Below, one piece after another: positions 45,699-54,682 of a DNA stretch of 64,000 nucleotides. The notes beneath the pieces were generated by a model. The model did no database searches and had not been told where the DNA came from. It saw only the letters and a list, made by a program, of their open reading frames with translations. Position 1 is the stretch's first letter. Each line of letters opens with the position of its first letter. Location of the stretch: positions 1 to 64,000 of IMG/VR virus record IMGVR_UViG_3300020473_001965. The stretch is one strand, 5' to 3'. Both the position numbers and the translations under genes were made by a program.

Positions 45699-45738
45699 GC
45701 TAAGCTCCGATTCTGCGCCGGCCGAGTTGCCGCCGATT

Positions 45739-45779
45739 CCTTACTATCTAATAATATCACGCGGGCTCGAGTCTTACAC
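45739..45779 (-). promoter_or_regulatory. Repeated early promoter
   Basis: 41-bp family copy. Confidence 0.85.
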
Positions 45780-45941
45780 AAAAACGCGCGTTACTCCGAT
45801 ATCAATATCCGGGCAACATCCGATATCACCTCCCGCCGGGAACACGGGAAGACGCTGAGCACGCGCGCTGCGACCCTGCGTAAATATTTTGCGCCCCTCA
45901 CCCGGTGCCGCGCGGTGGTGGAGCTCAGACCAGGAGACGTT

Positions 45942-45961
45942 GAAAGTGATAATCATTATCA
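45942..45961. promoter_or_regulatory. Fur-box-like operator
   Basis: GAAAGTGATAATCATTATC is 17/19 to GATAATGATAATCATTATC; perfect TGATAAT-C-ATTATCA. Confidence 0.7.
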
Positions 45962-45969
45962 AAAACTAA

Positions 45970-45987
45970 TGAATGAACATTCATTCA
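45970..45987. promoter_or_regulatory. Perfect inverted repeat TGAATGAA-CA-TTCATTCA (TetR-type operator-like)
   Basis: Seen directly. Confidence 0.55.
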
Positions 45988-46060
45988 CTCACACGTCCGC
46001 GCGGCCCGGGCCACCCATGAACGCACATTCACTCCGGGCCGCGCTAAATGTTGATTCGAC

Positions 46061-46297
46061 TCAGCTCTGCTGATGCTTACGCAAAGGCTCTCGAATCCAG
46101 TCAGTAGCTTCCTTACCGATCGGGAGCCGGCCGAGCACGGGTTCGTGTGTACCCTTAGAGCATGCCAACACCCAGCCGTCGTCGACTAATCCCTTCGCGT
46201 GCTCCCACATAACGTCTGAGTCGTGTGGGCCGATGACGCAACGATACTTCAATTCAACGCTACCTCGCTCAACAAATATTACTGTCCAAATCAACAC
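46061..46297 (-). CDS. Hypothetical protein
   Basis: GAGGTG RBS, GTG start. Confidence 0.5.
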   Translation of the reverse strand: MLIWTVIFVERGSVELKYRCVIGPHDSDVMWEHAKGLVDDGWVLACSKGTHEPVLGRLPIGKEATDWIREPLRKHQQS

Positions 46298-46784
46298 TCA
46301 CCTCAATAAAATTAATTTTTGCCCACCCTGAACCCGTGCCACTTTATCGGTCGAAACCGGTGCACACCACGCCACTACTTCGCTCGGGGGATGAGCTTCA
46401 GTGCACGCCAAACGTCGATGCCCGAGGGTCACCGCGAAACCTCCTACTCTTTATCTTACCGCAGGGAGCGACAGTGTACACTTTGCGAGTCTTTTTTTAT
46501 TTTTACAACAAAAACGTGTACAATATGTGAGCCCGGGCTAAGTACGCTAGTCCCCCGATTCCCGTCAGTTTTCGACCTGTCAATGCGTACGCTGACCCGA
46601 GTACTCGCGGAGGGGGCGTGTCGAGGGCTGCTCTACGGGCTACCATGCGTGGCCATTTAGCCACGTGCCATTGATCATGGGGAGTACCCAAGTCCGCTTT
46701 TTTAGAGTGTACGAAAAGCCCGGGCAAAAGTACCTCTGGTCGACGAAGAGAGAGATAGCCCTCGTTACCCAATGCTAGTGCGCG

Positions 46785-46995
46785 AGTAACGGGTCGTCGA
46801 CGAGTAACTTGCGGGCATTAGTTACTTGCGGGCCCGAGGAAAAGTTACTTGCGGGCAGGGCGCAAGCGCGAGCAAAGCTGGGCACAAGTTACTCGTCGTC
46901 TGAGGAAAAGTTCGAGGAAAAGTAACTTGTCGAAGGGTCGCGTGTCGTTCCCTCTCTATACGAGTATGAGTACGAGGACGAGTTACTTGTCGTCC
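46785..46995 (+). repeat. Cluster of AGTWACTTG repeats; three carry the extended CGAGGANNAGTWACTT motif
   Basis: Copies at 46803, 46820, 46843, 46887, 46921, 46981. Confidence 0.8.
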
Positions 46996-47015
46996 CCCAC
47001 TCTCTTCCTTTCTCT

Positions 47016-47756
47016 CTATAGCGTTTCTTGTTTTTTGCCGCCGTGATTGGGCCGGAGTCGGGCTGTTAGCTTGACGTCTCGGCTGATCACTGTCTTGCCT
47101 CGGGTGTTGGGCATGGTCGTTAGCTTGAACTCCTCCCACACGTCTTCTCGATAGAGGATGATCGGGTCCTGCCCCTTGAGTCCTGTTCCGTTCCAGTTGG
47201 GTGACTTCATGACCCACTCATCAACGGCCGTCTTGACTCCTTGCTTCTCGCTTTCTTCTCTCTTTGTCGCCTTGTCGTTGCCCTTGTACTCATCCCGATC
47301 CGAGTAGTACAGATCAGTCTCAGCCCACTGCCCGTGATAGTCGTCACAGACTATGATCGACATGGGATGGATCACGGCTTGAATCAGCTCGAGCTCCTTC
47401 ATCACCGTCTTGTAGTTGTGGTCTCCATCGACTAACACAAGGTCGAACTTTGACTTTCTATTTTGATTAAGCTCAAGCCACTCGAGACTGTTAATGTGTT
47501 GAAGGATGACGTCCCTTCCCCTTCTCTCATCGAGCCCAAGCAAGTCAACATGCGCGTACTGTGATAGTTGTTCGATCACTAGCTCACACGGAATGATGTC
47601 GATTCCCACGTAAGTAAAGCCCTTGAACAGGCTCAAGTTATGAATCAGGGGCAATGCAGTCTGCCCTCGATGAACTCCTATTTCTAGTACCTTGGGTTCC
47701 TGATATCCTGCGAGATACCCTTCACATATTGTTTTAACAAAGCCTAAGTATGACAT
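47016..47756 (-). CDS. Class I SAM-dependent methyltransferase (Methyltransf_24-like)
   Basis: VLEIGVHRG, DLVLVDGDH, IVCDDY. Confidence 0.85.
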   Translation of the reverse strand: MSYLGFVKTICEGYLAGYQEPKVLEIGVHRGQTALPLIHNLSLFKGFTYVGIDIIPCELVIEQLSQYAHVDLLGLDERRGRDVILQHINSLEWLELNQNRKSKFDLVLVDGDHNYKTVMKELELIQAVIHPMSIIVCDDYHGQWAETDLYYSDRDEYKGNDKATKREESEKQGVKTAVDEWVMKSPNWNGTGLKGQDPIILYREDVWEEFKLTTMPNTRGKTVISRDVKLTARLRPNHGGKKQETL

Positions 47757-47819
47757 GACTAGATTATACAGAGTCTGTGTTTTCTTGTATTGATTCTAAC
47801 GAGAGAATATTTACTTTAT

Positions 47820-48569
47820 ATGAGCACGTGGGAAGAGCTAAGCGAGAAACACAGTCCGATCGTCTGGCTTCCCACACGTGAGACTTGGCACACATGTCGC
47901 TGTCGATACTATGTACACATTCCCAAGACAGGAGGCAAGATGTTTCGATCACATGGCACGCCTGACTTCGGTAGTCGGGGTTTCGAGTTCAGCCGCAAGC
48001 ACGTGTGGGACCCGCGAGTAACTTATCCAAAACAGGGCGCAAGTTACTTTTCAACTGTTCGCAACCCATACGATTGGCTCATTAGCATGTGGTTCTACAA
48101 TTGGGGTGAAAAGGTAGGTGCAGGCCCTCAGGACATGTACCTGTCTCTTGAACACTTCCTTTATGACTTTAACTCCCCTAAGCTGACGGGCAAGAACCAG
48201 TGGGACACGAGAGAGCTTGGCGCGACCAAGCATATCATGTGGCCTCTAAGATACTTTCAACTTGCGCAAACATTCGATCCTTTCGATTCGCCCGGAAGGA
48301 AGGAAAGCTTTGCTTCTTTCTACATCAGGCTTGAACGAATTGATAGTTTTTTTAGAGATGCATGGTCATGGACATCTAAGTCTAAGCCGCCAAAGACTAA
48401 CACATCGAAGCACAACGATTATCGTACATATTACACACCTGACCTCGTTGATCACATAGCCAACTGGAGGGGTCAAGAGCTTTCACTGATGGGTTACGAT
48501 TTTGATGGGCCCAAAGGTCCTGAAGTTACGTTTTCGATAAGAGGTTCTTACTATTATCAGCCTGAATGA
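47820..48569 (+). CDS. Sulfotransferase family 2 protein
   Basis: HIPKTGG, VRNPYDWLISMW, NTS, MGYDF. Confidence 0.85.
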   Translation: MSTWEELSEKHSPIVWLPTRETWHTCRCRYYVHIPKTGGKMFRSHGTPDFGSRGFEFSRKHVWDPRVTYPKQGASYFSTVRNPYDWLISMWFYNWGEKVGAGPQDMYLSLEHFLYDFNSPKLTGKNQWDTRELGATKHIMWPLRYFQLAQTFDPFDSPGRKESFASFYIRLERIDSFFRDAWSWTSKSKPPKTNTSKHNDYRTYYTPDLVDHIANWRGQELSLMGYDFDGPKGPEVTFSIRGSYYYQPE

Positions 48570-49348
48570 TCTGGAATGATAAAGGGGCATGTGACTTTTA
48601 TCGCCCGATAATCGTCCATGGGCCCATCAAAATCATAACCAAGCATGTGAAGCTCTTGTCTTCGAAACTCGGATATCACACTTATCATCTCGACATCGTA
48701 AAAGTCCCGATAGTCACGCCTCTTTCTTACTTTTGACCGATTAAGCCATAAGACTTCCTCTGTCTCTTGATCACCTCGGAGATAACGTATCACTTCATCT
48801 AAGTGTTCGAATCGAATGTAAAAGTCAGCAAAGCTGTGGGAAAGCAATCTCTTTTTTTTGAAAGACTGGAACGTCTGCCATGTCTGGAGATATCGAAGAG
48901 GCCATCGGGCGTTGTCCCAACCCCTCGCTGACTTCCTATTCCAGTACGTCATTTGAGTCGGACCGGGTTGATGCATGTCCATGATGAAGTCTTTGAAACT
49001 CGGGTATGAGCCGCGGATTCCAGCTTGACCCCATGGCCCGTGAAACCACATGCTCAACAGTAAGTCGTATGGGTTTCTGATACATGAGAAGATTATGTGC
49101 CCTTCCGGGCGTGCTTTGCACCAGTCATGATTTGTCTTGCTAACATATGATCGCTTACCTGTAACATGATTAAAGATAGACTCGAGTTCTTTAGATATCG
49201 TGTGCCCTGCCGTCTTGTGTATGTGCACGAACATGTTTTTCTTCGGCCCGCACAACAGAGCGTAAACTTCTGCCATCGGTACTTCTAAGGGAAAACCTCC
49301 TGTTGTGGATGCTCCACTATCTCTGACTAACTCATAAAATGTGCTCAT
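48557..49348 (-). CDS. Sulfotransferase family 2 protein
   Basis: HIHKTAG, IRNPYDLLLSMW, IRFE, LGYDF. Confidence 0.85.
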   Translation of the reverse strand: MSTFYELVRDSGASTTGGFPLEVPMAEVYALLCGPKKNMFVHIHKTAGHTISKELESIFNHVTGKRSYVSKTNHDWCKARPEGHIIFSCIRNPYDLLLSMWFHGPWGQAGIRGSYPSFKDFIMDMHQPGPTQMTYWNRKSARGWDNARWPLRYLQTWQTFQSFKKKRLLSHSFADFYIRFEHLDEVIRYLRGDQETEEVLWLNRSKVRKRRDYRDFYDVEMISVISEFRRQELHMLGYDFDGPMDDYRAIKVTCPFIIPDHSG

Positions 49349-49354
49349 GTTTAG

Positions 49355-49591
49355 TTACTCGTCGCCATCGTCACCGATAGCTTCAACTGGGCATGACTCT
49401 AGAGCCTCATAGCACTGGTCTAGTTCCTCGTCGTTCTCGGGTTGCTTGTACACGATATCATGATCCTCGTCATCACTTATGCGAAAGTTATTGGGCGCGC
49501 AATCAGAACAGACGGAGCAGATGATGCACTCCCGATCGACGTAGAATTTTCCGGGGACGTTGTCTTCCCACTTATCGTTTTTATCTGCCAT
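49355..49591 (-). CDS. Single-cluster ferredoxin
   Basis: CIICSVCSDCAP...CPVEAI. Confidence 0.9.
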   Translation of the reverse strand: MADKNDKWEDNVPGKFYVDRECIICSVCSDCAPNNFRISDDEDHDIVYKQPENDEELDQCYEALESCPVEAIGDDGDE

Positions 49592-49617
49592 GTAGATATC
49601 TATCGAGCCTTCGAGGA

Positions 49618-50370
49618 TTAGTAACTTGTGAGAAGTTTCGGTGCATGTGATGCATCGAACTCAAATGGAACATCTATGACAAATGTTTCATATTCGTCGA
49701 CCGGCCCTTCGATATCGTAGCCCAACATGTCCAGCTCTTGTCGGCGCCACTGTTCGATGTGATCAATCAAATCAGTTGTGTAATAAGACCTGTAATCTTT
49801 GTGGGCAGAAGCATTCTTTTTTTTCAGATTGTCGACACCCAACCACGTACCGAGCTTCTCCAGGCGAACATAGAAGTCAGCAATGCTATAAAACTTACCT
49901 GTCTGCCTGAAAGGCTCGAATGTTTGAGCCATCTGAAGATGCCTTAGCTGCCAGCTAATGTAGTCACCCATGTCTGCGGGCCCATCCCAAAACTCATTCT
50001 TGACTATCTCGTCTGAATTGAATCGAAAGAGAAAGTCCTCCAAGTTTTTAAAGACATCTCGAACACCCGGATACTTTTGATTCCCGGGCCAGCTATAGTG
50101 CCACATACTTATGAGCCAAGAATAGGGATTCCGAACTGTTGCGAAGTAGGGACCGTCATTCGGATTATACATTGGACTAGTCGAGTGCATGGTTGTTCGC
50201 GGTCGTAGTACACTCTTTAATGTGTTCCCGCCTGTCTTGGGAATGTGCACATAAACGTGATGATCGATATCGTTTGGAGGTCTGTTCACCGGTGATCGAT
50301 TGGGTACCCAGCTGGGTTGATACTCAAGCTTTTCTGCCAGCTCTAAGAATGTGCTATGCTTGCTTGACAT
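49618..50370 (-). CDS. Sulfotransferase family 2 protein
   Basis: HIPKTGG, VRNPYSWLISMW, NAS, LGYD. Confidence 0.85.
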   Translation of the reverse strand: MSSKHSTFLELAEKLEYQPSWVPNRSPVNRPPNDIDHHVYVHIPKTGGNTLKSVLRPRTTMHSTSPMYNPNDGPYFATVRNPYSWLISMWHYSWPGNQKYPGVRDVFKNLEDFLFRFNSDEIVKNEFWDGPADMGDYISWQLRHLQMAQTFEPFRQTGKFYSIADFYVRLEKLGTWLGVDNLKKKNASAHKDYRSYYTTDLIDHIEQWRRQELDMLGYDIEGPVDEYETFVIDVPFEFDASHAPKLLTSY

Positions 50371-50749
50371 CTAGGCTCTTGTCCAATCGGGCAATCTCAT
50401 CCAAGCTTTCGAGGATTAGTAACTTAACGTCATTGTTAATCTGTACGCTTTTCATCTTATGCCGCGCGGCTTCAGTCCAATATCCCTTCACTTCGATGTA
50501 GAGATCGTGATCTGGGAGATAGAAGTCAGGGATATAGTTCCGGACTCTGCGTGACCTCGTGATGTACTTTAACTTAAGATTTGGGTTGCGTATCCACTTG
50601 ATTCCCAATTCATCCAGCCTCTTCGCACAAGCCACCTCCCACGTGCTATCCATCGAGACAGTTGTCCCTTCAACTGTGACATAGTCCGATCGCTTACTCC
50701 AAAGCTTGAATCTTCTCCTGCGACCTCTGTTTCGTTTTCTTCGCGTCAT
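50354..50749 (-). CDS. PD-(D/E)XK endonuclease
   Basis: STWE..YIPDFYL..IEVKG. Confidence 0.8.
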   Translation of the reverse strand: MTRRKRNRGRRRRFKLWSKRSDYVTVEGTTVSMDSTWEVACAKRLDELGIKWIRNPNLKLKYITRSRRVRNYIPDFYLPDHDLYIEVKGYWTEAARHKMKSVQINNDVKLLILESLDEIARLDKSLDVKQA

Positions 50750-50857
50750 GCGTATAAATAGGCTCCCAAATGTTGAACCAGTGCGTGGACGCCCGAGGAC
50801 AAGTAACTTGTCGGAGGGTCGACACGTCACAACTACACTGTGAGTCCGGCGCCGGCG

Positions 50858-51586
50858 CTAGCGTATATTTGAAACACTGCAATTAGTTATGTTATATGAC
50901 TCTGTACGAAAAGATTCTGAGAAAGTATAGTAGAAATAATTGGTGTCTTTTGTTACACCCATCCACTCACATAGTGCGTCAATAAAATCTGGGCGCTGAT
51001 GGTTTCCCTTCTTTATTTTCTTTGCTGTATTCTTCCTAAAATCTACTCTTTCTCGAGTGTTGTCTTTTGAGTGGTCAACAGGGAGCATATAATAGTCTGC
51101 TTCCCAAAAGTCTAGTCCTGCAACGATAACGTTGTCATAGAAAAAAGATGCATAGCATATTGCACGCAATCCTGTATCCGGATTCTCGTTCCAGAGATAA
51201 TCAAAACTCTTATTCTGGTCCGGGAGAATAGACTTGTCTATGTTGTAATACGCGTGGTTCGCCCTTATATCTTTTATATTATATCTTCTTATCGGTTTGT
51301 TCGTAGGGTAGGGGGTACGTTCTCCGAAGCGAAACTGTCGGTCACCAAGACTTGTCAAGAAGTTTGTTGTTTTCCCTGAGCGCTTTCCTCTTTCTATTAT
51401 AGATGTAGGGAACTGACCCTCCCAATCATTTACAACAATCAAGTCTGTTTCTGGGTGCTTCTCCGCTAAAGCAATTCCATCTTGGGCGCTAGCGCCTCTA
51501 CATAAAATTATGACTGAGTTTTCACAAACAACCGGAGTTGTACCGAATGCATAAGATCTAGCTAGCTCTCGAAAAGTCGACGACAT
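50858..51586 (-). CDS. Sialyltransferase/MAF(DUF115)-like protein
   Basis: ILCRGAS, VVN, TGLRAI, VAGLDF pattern. Confidence 0.55.
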   Translation of the reverse strand: MSSTFRELARSYAFGTTPVVCENSVIILCRGASAQDGIALAEKHPETDLIVVNDWEGQFPTSIIERGKRSGKTTNFLTSLGDRQFRFGERTPYPTNKPIRRYNIKDIRANHAYYNIDKSILPDQNKSFDYLWNENPDTGLRAICYASFFYDNVIVAGLDFWEADYYMLPVDHSKDNTRERVDFRKNTAKKIKKGNHQRPDFIDALCEWMGVTKDTNYFYYTFSESFRTESYNITNCSVSNIR

Positions 51587-51587
51587 G

Positions 51588-52340
51588 TTACTTGCGCTTG
51601 CCTAATATAAAACCCCATGGACGGAACTGAGATAGTGTGTTGCCGTCGATCTCTTCGATATCTCGTGTGTCTCCTACACCCCAGTCACATACTTTCAAAT
51701 CTTTGTCGTGAAGTATCCAGACAAGTAACTTGCCGGGGTCGCCCGCCATTGACTGAGCCAGATCATTTACACAGTCAGCTAATGAGTCATATGCATAGTG
51801 GCGCTCGTGACGATATCCATTTGATCTGCGATTCCAGTTGCCTACGTGATAAATCTTAGATGTGCCGTTGTGGGGTTCTGCCCAAACACACACCATGTGT
51901 CCAGGAAAAGATGGCTTCCATCCCCACTTGAGCTCACTATCTTTGACGGCAATTACTGATAGTAGCATGGGAGAGTGCTGTTCGCCTATTGAGTTTGCGA
52001 GGTATCGAGCGTAGTCGTCGCAGTCCATTGGGCCGTCTGTATCATAGTCTTCTCCGCACTCCATTGCACGAATTCTATTTTCAATCACGCCCGGTGGGAG
52101 GCAGACATCGCCTAGCTCTCGCTTGCCGTCGGGAACGTATGGAAGTTTGAGCACCCGTTCTAAAGGAATGTGTATGTCTTCATCATCGTAAATCTCAGGT
52201 TGATATCTTCTTGTCGCTCTATCTACGTAGATAAAAGCGTATAGATTTGCCCATATTAGATAAATTTGTGTTGCAGGACCGAACCTCATTAGAGTTCTGG
52301 CACCCCACTCATATATTCTTCTCATAATGTCTTTTAACAT
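51588..52340 (-). CDS. Transglutaminase-like Cys protease-fold protein
   Basis: DCDDYA..GHMVC. Confidence 0.55.
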   Translation of the reverse strand: MLKDIMRRIYEWGARTLMRFGPATQIYLIWANLYAFIYVDRATRRYQPEIYDDEDIHIPLERVLKLPYVPDGKRELGDVCLPPGVIENRIRAMECGEDYDTDGPMDCDDYARYLANSIGEQHSPMLLSVIAVKDSELKWGWKPSFPGHMVCVWAEPHNGTSKIYHVGNWNRRSNGYRHERHYAYDSLADCVNDLAQSMAGDPGKLLVWILHDKDLKVCDWGVGDTRDIEEIDGNTLSQFRPWGFILGKRK

Positions 52341-52403
52341 ATCACCCTCCGTTATAGATAATTATCTTTCAAGGGAAGATACTTAGTATAAAGAGGTCGC
52401 ATT

Positions 52404-52955
52404 ATGTCAGAAATGAAACTCATTATGGAAGGCTGGCGTCAACACCTGCAAGAAGGTGAGAACAGACAACGTATTTTAAACTACCTGGCAGAAAACAACA
52501 TTGTTCTTACAGAAGAGCAGATCGAAGAAGCAATGCCAAAGTGGCTGAAGAAGCTTGGCGCCGGGGCTGCTCTTACGGCCACTCTTGCAGGTGTGCCGTC
52601 AGCTGCGTCAGCAGCACCCGGTGGTGCTCAAGGCGCTGATACTCAGACGGTGCAAGTTGATGCAGAAGATGCTAGTGAATCAGACGATTTCAACGCTGCG
52701 CTAGGACTTCTTAAGGCATACATCGACTCAAAGGATTCGACTAAAGAAAAGATGGACCTAGAGTTTAAGCTGATGAATGTGCAGAAAGCTCTTGACAAAG
52801 CTGCTGATGGTGATTCTTCAATGCTAAATTCACTAGGCAAAGGTGAGGCTTCGTTTTTAGATTCCGTCATGGGAAAAATCAATAAGTACAAGGCACAAGA
52901 TCTAAAGTTATATAACAGCTACAAAGATGCCGGCTCCAAAATCAACATAAGGTAA
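52404..52955 (+). CDS. Putative virion protein with MSEMKLIMEGWR motif
   Basis: Shared N-terminus with the next gene; internal hydrophobic stretch. Confidence 0.7.
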   Translation: MSEMKLIMEGWRQHLQEGENRQRILNYLAENNIVLTEEQIEEAMPKWLKKLGAGAALTATLAGVPSAASAAPGGAQGADTQTVQVDAEDASESDDFNAALGLLKAYIDSKDSTKEKMDLEFKLMNVQKALDKAADGDSSMLNSLGKGEASFLDSVMGKINKYKAQDLKLYNSYKDAGSKINIR

Positions 52956-52960
52956 CAGCC

Positions 52961-53602
52961 ATGTCAGAAATGAAGCTCATCATGGAGGGATGGAGAACAT
53001 TCCTCAACGAAGTTAAAGGTAGCAGCCTCAAAAACGACGAAGGTGCCGATATCGGTCGTCTTCTCAGCGGAGTGGTTGAGACACCTTTTCTAGGCCATGG
53101 CCCTCGAACCGTTGTTGCAGTCGACGTCCAGGGACACGGACCAATCGCATTCTATAGAAGCACAGGGACAGGAACACCTGAACTTGATACCGGCGACATG
53201 TGGTTGCCATGCGGCGGTGCATCGTATTCATCCGGGTCGAAGCCAGGGACGAATCCAGGCGATCCATGGTTGGTCAAGTGGAAAGGAGGTAAGGTCCCAC
53301 CAGAAGGTCACGTCTTTAGAGCAGTAGGCGTTGCTTTGGCTAAACTGATTCCTGAGAGTGAGCATGGTCGAAGTCTTTGGCAGTGGGGTTCATCAATGGG
53401 ATATCCGAGCATGGAGCAATTAAAGAAGACAGTTGGAACTACAGTGTTCGGACCCATGCTGTTCAACAGGTGGCTAAACAAACACAAAGCATTACGACCT
53501 GACTGGTCACCTCAACCCCTAGCAGGTTCTAATCAAGACACGTACGTAGGACCGTTCAGCCAGACAATTGAGATGATCAGACAAAAAGTTTCACAATTGT
53601 GA
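52961..53602 (+). CDS. Putative virion protein with MSEMKLIMEGWR motif
   Basis: Shared N-terminus; FYRSTG..WLP. Confidence 0.7.
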   Translation: MSEMKLIMEGWRTFLNEVKGSSLKNDEGADIGRLLSGVVETPFLGHGPRTVVAVDVQGHGPIAFYRSTGTGTPELDTGDMWLPCGGASYSSGSKPGTNPGDPWLVKWKGGKVPPEGHVFRAVGVALAKLIPESEHGRSLWQWGSSMGYPSMEQLKKTVGTTVFGPMLFNRWLNKHKALRPDWSPQPLAGSNQDTYVGPFSQTIEMIRQKVSQL

Positions 53603-53668
53603 AATAAATCCGAATAAAAGCAGCCCTTCAAGCTTATAATACATGTAGCCTTTACTACGGGAGATAAA

Positions 53669-53995
53669 ATGACATTAGTACTGTTAAGCGCGCTTGGGCT
53701 GCTAAGCGCAGGTTGCACAGCTCACGCTCACCCTCAACATCATCATGTAAAACGACCAGCTGGGCCTACGATTCAAGTAACGCTAGGTTGGACATGGGTT
53801 GATGCTCGTTGGCATCACGGGCGTCACATCAAAGGATACTGGCGTCATCCTCACTACGGCAAATCATATCGCGAGTTTGCACATGGTCCGCCAGTAGCAA
53901 GGCCTCACCAGAACGCTGTTTGGGTGCCTGGTCACTGGAAGGGTCGTGGACACAGACGTCACTGGGTTAGAGGTCACTGGAAAGTCAGAAACTAG
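53669..53995 (+). CDS. WXXGXW-repeat His-rich lipoprotein
   Basis: SAGC lipobox; WVPGHW, WVRGHW. Confidence 0.7.
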   Translation: MTLVLLSALGLLSAGCTAHAHPQHHHVKRPAGPTIQVTLGWTWVDARWHHGRHIKGYWRHPHYGKSYREFAHGPPVARPHQNAVWVPGHWKGRGHRRHWVRGHWKVRN

Positions 53996-54252
53996 TCTTC
54001 TTGATCAACAACGAGGTAGACTCTTCCATTAGGACCTCTTTTAACCATCCCTCCCCAGTTGCAAAATGTGTTGTTTCGAAAGTCTTCTCGGGAATTCCAT
54101 GTTCCGGAAGCTACTACCGATCGACTGCAGTGTGCGTAGCCCGTCTTTCCTGCGCAAGTCCAGCGCAAGTCTGAAGAGCACTTGGGACAAATTAGCTTTT
54201 CGGTCATGTACTTACTAGGCATATCTCTATTATAAGTATACACCTGCTGCAA
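53992..54252 (-). CDS. Zn-ribbon hypothetical protein
   Basis: CPKC..C..C. Confidence 0.5.
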   Translation of the reverse strand: MQQVYTYNRDMPSKYMTEKLICPKCSSDLRWTCAGKTGYAHCSRSVVASGTWNSREDFRNNTFCNWGGMVKRGPNGRVYLVVDQED

Positions 54253-54259
54253 ATACTTT

Positions 54260-54559
54260 CTACTTCACCTCTTGCAAGATGATGCCTTGATAAAAGCCGC
54301 CTCGTTCTTCTTCTTTTCTTTCAGCAGCTCCGAGCGCGACTTCCCATTCCAGCCTGTTTAAGTGACAAAAAGCTTTGATTACTTCAATCATATCAGCGGC
54401 TTCTTCATAACATGGATTGTCCATAAACTCCTGGGTTTCTTCTTCCATTTTTGCTTTTAGAAACACCATGTGCTCGTCAGGCCCATGAACAGTTCGAGTC
54501 AGACACCACTTGCCATCTGACTCGATTATTTCTGGTATACAATCTCTAACTAGTTTCAT
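54260..54559 (-). CDS. PRA-PH/MazG-like NTP pyrophosphohydrolase
   Basis: KLVRDCIPEII, EETQEF, EEAADMIEV, ERGGF. Confidence 0.85.
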   Translation of the reverse strand: MKLVRDCIPEIIESDGKWCLTRTVHGPDEHMVFLKAKMEEETQEFMDNPCYEEAADMIEVIKAFCHLNRLEWEVALGAAERKEEERGGFYQGIILQEVK

Positions 54560-54682
54560 TCGTCTTCCATTTCATCAAGTAACTTTTGAACGGTTTTGTT
54601 AATCTTCTTGACCCTTCCATACTCCAAAAAGAAAAAAGTCCCCCAGCCGACGATAGCCATGACTAGCGCCGCCCAAAAGATA

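Noticed and set aside
41616-46073. Long plus-strand ORFs 41616-43022, 43068-44063 and 44754-46073
   Set aside because: They are antisense shadows of GC3-rich minus-strand genes that have clear motifs, RBSs and promoters; they show no recognisable motifs and the last one crosses promoters.
46319-47217. ORFs in the 46.3-47.0 kb repeat region
   Set aside because: Translations simply mirror the DNA repeats (QVTFPR) and lack an RBS; treated as non-coding.
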